This document shows, piece after piece, positions 59,783 through 64,000 of a stretch of 64,000 nt of DNA (its first letter is position 1; each line of letters opens with the position of its first letter). The stretch spans positions 64,001 through 128,000 of the forward strand of contig OZ219801.1 in NCBI GenBank assembly GCA_964291655.2, read 5' to 3'. The position numbers and the translations under genes are program-made. This DNA is from Chloroflexota bacterium. Lineage in GTDB: Bacteria; Chloroflexota; UBA11872; VXOZ01. A model generated the notes under the pieces. That model was given only the letters and a program-made list of their open reading frames with translations. It was not told the origin of the DNA and made no database searches.

Positions 59783-60928
59783 GTGATAAGCGAGGATCCT
59801 AGACTAACCGGAGCCGACGTAGACCCGCTGCGGCAGCAACTCTTTGAGGCGTATGACAACTGGCTCATGCTCCAATGCCGCGTGCGCTATAACGCCCGCG
59901 GCGAAAACTGGCAGCGGGACTACTCAAATCAGGATGCGTATCTGAAGTCAATTGAACCAAATCGCGAGCGCCTGCTCGCCATGATCGGCGGCTGGCCGTG
60001 GGAGCGCGGCCCGTTGGAGCCGCGCATCGAGGAAATCGCCGCTACTGACACCTACACGGCTTCCCGCGTCTGGTATACGTCATTCGACGACGTGCGCGTG
60101 GACGCTATTCTCATTCGCCCTCACGGCCCGGGGCCGTTTCCGGCGGTGCTCGCCCAGCACGGCGTCAATCACACGCCGGAGCAGATTTGCGGGTTTTGCG
60201 ACCCAGAGCACAGCGCCGCGTACCACGAGATCGGCGTGCGCCTCGTCAAGCATGGCTATGTCGTCATCGCGCCGCGCATGATTGGCGGTTACGGCGAAGA
60301 CCGCTTCAACGTGCCCAACATTCCCTCCCTACGTCAGCAGGAGCAGGGCCGCGCCCAGAACCAGATTCACCGCAAGGCAATTCTCATCGGCCAGAGCATA
60401 CAGGCGTTGGAGTATTTTACGCTTTCCCGCGCCGTCGACTACCTGGAATCGTTGCCGGAAGTGGCCAACGACCGCATCGGCCTCTACGGCCTTTCGCGCG
60501 GCGGCCGTGCCGCCCTCTGGCTGGGGGCTCTGGAGCAACGCTTGCAGGCGGTGGTCTCATCGGCCTGGTTCAACGAGCGCTTCAGCAAGATGCTGCAGCC
60601 GGAGATAATCAAAGTCGGTTCCTTCATTGAGACTTCATCCGAATTTCAATTCATCCCAGGTCTTTTTCATGAGTTTGGCGATGCCGACATAGCCTCTCTC
60701 ATCTGCCCGCGCGCCTTCTTCGTGGAGGACGGCAAGCACGACCGCGCCGTGTGGTGGCCGAAAGCAATCCAAGAGTTTGAGTTGGTTGAAGCCAATTACG
60801 AAAACCTTGGCATTCCTGAAAAGTGCGGCATTCGCATTCACGAACAAGGTCATGAGACGGAACCGGAAGCGGAGATCACGGATATCCAAGCCGTGGCGTT
60901 TCTCGACCGCTGGCTGAAGGCTGTGTGA
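59783..60928 (+). CDS. Alpha/beta hydrolase (dienelactone hydrolase / AXE-like)
   Basis: PAVLAQHG, RAVDYL, GLSRGG nucleophile, GKHD, GHE. Confidence 0.85.
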   Translation: MISEDPRLTGADVDPLRQQLFEAYDNWLMLQCRVRYNARGENWQRDYSNQDAYLKSIEPNRERLLAMIGGWPWERGPLEPRIEEIAATDTYTASRVWYTSFDDVRVDAILIRPHGPGPFPAVLAQHGVNHTPEQICGFCDPEHSAAYHEIGVRLVKHGYVVIAPRMIGGYGEDRFNVPNIPSLRQQEQGRAQNQIHRKAILIGQSIQALEYFTLSRAVDYLESLPEVANDRIGLYGLSRGGRAALWLGALEQRLQAVVSSAWFNERFSKMLQPEIIKVGSFIETSSEFQFIPGLFHEFGDADIASLICPRAFFVEDGKHDRAVWWPKAIQEFELVEANYENLGIPEKCGIRIHEQGHETEPEAEITDIQAVAFLDRWLKAV

Positions 60929-61006
60929 GGAGTTTCCGCCTTGCGCGCCGCACTGAAATGCAATCGAAAGCAATGTCCTTTCAATCTTGAATTGACAGCA
61001 GTGCTG

Positions 61007-61033
61007 CCGTTCGCCCTGAGCTTGTCGAAGGGC
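61007..61033. repeat. REP-like palindrome (CCGTTCG..CTGAGCTTGTCGAAG family)
   Basis: CCGTTCGCCCTGAGCTTGTCGAAGGGC. Confidence 0.75.
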
Positions 61034-61148
61034 ATTCCGACAATTTTGTGCCTTGGAAGTGGCGTCTTTAGTAATGCTGCGTAGCCACTTCACCACAAAC
61101 GGTATCCCGGTAGGCCCTGTAGTCGCCTAGACTTGAGGATGAGTCACG

Positions 61149-61514
61149 ATGCCAAGACTCTTAAATTTCTTCATCGATCCCTACGTCGTGCTCCGACGGG
61201 ATGAAACCACGGGCGACGACTCCGGTAGCGCAGGTTTGCAGCCTGCGCTAACACGCGAGCTTGAAGTCCATGTCGCCGGTCTCGCCTGCACGAGCATATG
61301 AGCGCGGCGTACACAGGAGGGCCTTGCGTCACTCCCGGGCGTCCAAGAGACTAGTTTCAACCCTAAAACCGATACCTTTTCTGTCCGCTATCACGGGGAC
61401 GAGCTAGATCTCGCTAGTGTCAACGCAGCGGTGCGCGGGAAGGTGGTCGCCAAGCCGGTGCGCAGGCTGCTTGCTTGGATCAGTCGCCCGTTTCGCCACG
61501 CCCCGAAAGCATGA
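61149..61514 (+). CDS. Putative selenocysteine-containing heavy-metal-associated (HMA) domain protein (in-frame TGA at codon 51)
   Basis: Not in the ORF track. GAGGA RBS at 61135-61139, ATG at 61149. Translation ...LEVHVAGLACTSI(TGA)ARRTQEGLASLPGVQETSFNPKTDTFSVRYHGDELDLASVNAAV... follows the HMA pattern on both sides of the TGA. SECIS-like hairpin at 61306-61330. Confidence 0.72.
61306..61330 (+). promoter_or_regulatory. Candidate bacterial SECIS element
   Basis: Hand-folded: GGCGUA/UGCGUC stem, CAC bulge, AGG/CCU stem and an AGGG loop that starts 16 nt after the UGA. Confidence 0.5.
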
Positions 61515-61596
61515 ACCCAGTGGGCGCGCCGGACTCCAACCACCTAGTTGAAGACCGGAATAAGAGGGTGGAAGGGAACTCCCGCTCTGCCGTCCA

Positions 61597-61622
61597 CACT
61601 TCAACAAGCTCAGTGCGAACGG
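61597..61622. repeat. REP-like palindrome, inverted relative to 61007-61033
   Basis: The reverse complement reads CCGTTCGCACTGAGCTTGTTGAAGTG. Confidence 0.7.
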
Positions 61623-61808
61623 CAGAGCTTACCGCGAACTACTTGTGCTTGGCGATGCGAATTTTCTTCGACACGCCTCAACTCAACGCATGCAACTTTG
61701 CATCGCTCTCGCTTGTATCTCCTCCCAAGAGCGTCTAAAGTGAGGCTAATGTTTGCGTAGTCACTCAAGACCTAGCGCACACTTGACGCGAACTCCCTTT
61801 GACCGTTA

Positions 61809-62885
61809 GTGCCAAGAGGACGTACATTCGTGCCTGCACCCTCATCTGACACAGCGCCCAATACCGCAGGGGATCACAAAGAACCCCCAATTCTGACCAC
61901 CGTGGTGGGGAGTTATCCGGTGCCCGGCTGGCTGCTCGCCATGCCCAGCAGATCGGCGCTGCGCGACGCCATGCTCGCAGTCTTCAAGACCCAGGAACTT
62001 GCCGGCATCGACGTGGTGACGGACGGCGAACTCTCCCGCTTCGACGTCAACCATCCGGAAACCCAGGGTATGATCGAATACTTTATTTCCCCCTTGTCGG
62101 GCGTAGACGTGGAGTTTAGTCGCGCTGATGTAGACGCTTTTCGTCAGCAGGCGGGCATGCAGTTTCGCAGACAGCCGGCGGGGGTCGTACGAGAGGCAAT
62201 TGGCGCGGGCACGCTTGACCTGCCGTCCGCCGCAAATGGTGTGACCTTCACCACGAGGCCCTACAAGTTCACGGTCACCAGCCCATACATGTTGGCGAAA
62301 TCTCTGCTTGACGTTCACTATCGCGACATTCGCCAACTGGCATTCGCGATTGCCGATGTCTTTCGGGAACAGGTCGCGGACCTCGATGCCGCCGTCCTGC
62401 AAATTGACGAGGCAAATCTGGTTGGCTCTCCGCAGGATGGCGAGTGGGCGGCCGACGTGCTCAACCACGTTTTTGCGGGGTTCAAAGGACAAAAAGGAGT
62501 GCATCTCTGCTTTGGCAACTACGGCGGCCAGACCGTTCAACAGGGCCTCTTCAAAGACCTGTTGCCCTTCTTCAACCGGCTCGCGTGCGACCATCTAATC
62601 TTGGAATTCGCCCGGCCCGGAGATTCCGAACTGCCGGTCTTCAAGGACTTGCAGCCCGCTGTGAGCCTGGGTATCGGCGTTATTGACATCAAGGACAACG
62701 CCGTGGAGACTCCGGACCTCATCGCCCGCCGCATCGAGCGCGCTGTCACCGTATTAGGCGCGGACCGCATCAAGTGGGTGCACCCGGACTGCGGCTTCTG
62801 GATGCTCTCGCGCATCGTGGCCGATCAGAAGATGGCTGCGCTGGTCGAGGGCCGTGACCTCTATCTCGGAAAGACACGCACCTAA
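61809..62885 (+). CDS. Single-domain cobalamin-independent methionine synthase II family protein
   Basis: TTVVGSYP, DGE, QIDEA, Zn ligands HLC, E and PDCG. The start is uncertain. Confidence 0.85.
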   Translation: MPRGRTFVPAPSSDTAPNTAGDHKEPPILTTVVGSYPVPGWLLAMPSRSALRDAMLAVFKTQELAGIDVVTDGELSRFDVNHPETQGMIEYFISPLSGVDVEFSRADVDAFRQQAGMQFRRQPAGVVREAIGAGTLDLPSAANGVTFTTRPYKFTVTSPYMLAKSLLDVHYRDIRQLAFAIADVFREQVADLDAAVLQIDEANLVGSPQDGEWAADVLNHVFAGFKGQKGVHLCFGNYGGQTVQQGLFKDLLPFFNRLACDHLILEFARPGDSELPVFKDLQPAVSLGIGVIDIKDNAVETPDLIARRIERAVTVLGADRIKWVHPDCGFWMLSRIVADQKMAALVEGRDLYLGKTRT

Positions 62886-62895
62886 GGAGTGACCA

Positions 62896-63954
62896 ATGGG
62901 AGAACAAGCGCGCGTAGCCGTTATCACCGCCCCATCGGGCACCATGCACGTCAGTGGTTTTCTGGAAATCCTGGCGGCGCTGCCTGAGGTCGCCCAGGTG
63001 GCGTTGGTGACGGACGGCGCCGACGACATAGAGACGCATGCGCAGGCGCATCTTGGCGCACGGCTCGTCGGCACGTTCGCGGATACGGATTCACTGTTTG
63101 CCGCCTTCCAACCGGACCTCGCCATTGTTAGTTTGGAACCACGCACCGCGCCTCCTGTCATTGCTGCCTGTGTTCGCCAGGGCAGCCACGTGCTTGCCGA
63201 GAAACCCGCCTGTCTGCATTGGGAAGATTTTGCGGAACTAGCTGCTCTGGCTGATGCGCAGCAACGCAATGTCGGCCTCGCCTTTGCCGCGCGGGGCTTT
63301 CCCTTCTTGCAAGACGCGAGAAGCCTCGTCGCCAACGGCACGCTCGGCAAGCTCTACGGCGTCGACACGTATTTCATCGCCGACCAGACACGCGTGCAGC
63401 AAGCTGAATGGCAAGCATCCTGGTTTTCGCAGCAGGCCTTCGCCGGTGGCGGCCACCTCATATGGCTTGGCATTCATTATGTCGATCTGTTGCACCATCT
63501 CACCGGACAGCGCATTGTCGAAGTCGCGGGCCTTACCGCGGTTGTCGGCGGTGCGCCCATCGATACGGAAGACGCCGCCGTCGCGGTGCTGCGTTTCGAG
63601 GACGGCATGGTCGGCACACTGACCTCGGCCTACTACGTGGACCGCAACAAGCAGTCGCACCTCCATCTCTGGGGTTCCGATGGCTGGCTGCGGGGAAGGC
63701 CCAACGATTGGGAGAGCCTGGAGTGGTATAGCACACATTCCGCCGAACGCTCCGCGCCCTACCGCACCATCCGGTACGATGCCCCGACAGACGACGCCGC
63801 GCCCACGTACTACGGATTGGTGCGGGCGGCGGTGCGCGGCGCCTTGGGACTGGAAGCACATCCGGTCGCCACGGCGGAGGCCCTGCACGTACTCAAGGTC
63901 GTCCACGCCATTTACCGCGCTGCGGAAACCGGCCAGACCCAGCGGGTTGAGTGA
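62896..63954 (+). CDS. Gfo/Idh/MocA family oxidoreductase
   Basis: AEKP, GGGHLIWLGIHYVD, EDAA, AIYRAAETG. Confidence 0.88.
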   Translation: MGEQARVAVITAPSGTMHVSGFLEILAALPEVAQVALVTDGADDIETHAQAHLGARLVGTFADTDSLFAAFQPDLAIVSLEPRTAPPVIAACVRQGSHVLAEKPACLHWEDFAELAALADAQQRNVGLAFAARGFPFLQDARSLVANGTLGKLYGVDTYFIADQTRVQQAEWQASWFSQQAFAGGGHLIWLGIHYVDLLHHLTGQRIVEVAGLTAVVGGAPIDTEDAAVAVLRFEDGMVGTLTSAYYVDRNKQSHLHLWGSDGWLRGRPNDWESLEWYSTHSAERSAPYRTIRYDAPTDDAAPTYYGLVRAAVRGALGLEAHPVATAEALHVLKVVHAIYRAAETGQTQRVE

Positions 63955-64000
63955 CAAGGTCACGGAGATAGGAGTTCTTGATACCGCAAGAGAGCCAATT

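Noticed and set aside
61475-61760. Short ORFs downstream of the HMA gene as a partner (e.g. MerT-like) protein
   Set aside because: They have no hydrophobic or metal-binding pattern and run through a REP element.

Overview
This 64 kb window is GC-rich bacterial chromosome. Gene content and protein style suggest Chloroflexota, but that is an inference. I recognised no rRNA, tRNA or CRISPR array. Main contents: (1) an IS1182-family element inserted into the loop of a REP-like hairpin, itself inside a probable MITE; (2) many catabolic enzymes (alpha/beta hydrolases, Gfo/Idh/MocA oxidoreductases, enolase-superfamily proteins, a ThDP enzyme, a class III aminotransferase); (3) a minus-strand run of split MetE pair, acyP, a FecR-domain protein, an AcpS fusion and nnr; (4) a small toxin-antitoxin patch with a decayed hicA, intact hicB and a HEPN/MNT pair; (5) an archaeal-style DNA end-resection cluster mre11-rad50-nurA-HAS-barrel-(aldolase)-herA; (6) a TCA cluster of sucCD, korAB, an anchor-less type E sdhAB plus CCG subunit, and mdh; (7) CoA-transferase, thiolase and SDR genes; (8) a third MetE-family protein. 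The most striking item is absent from the ORF track: a 121-codon heavy-metal-associated (HMA) domain gene at 61149-61514. Its metal-binding motif reads C-T-S-I-TGA, followed by a hairpin with bacterial SECIS geometry, so it is a candidate selenocysteine metallochaperone. It is bracketed by inverted REP-like repeats. Several REP-like palindrome families occur across the window, and two copies are read in frame inside protein-coding genes.
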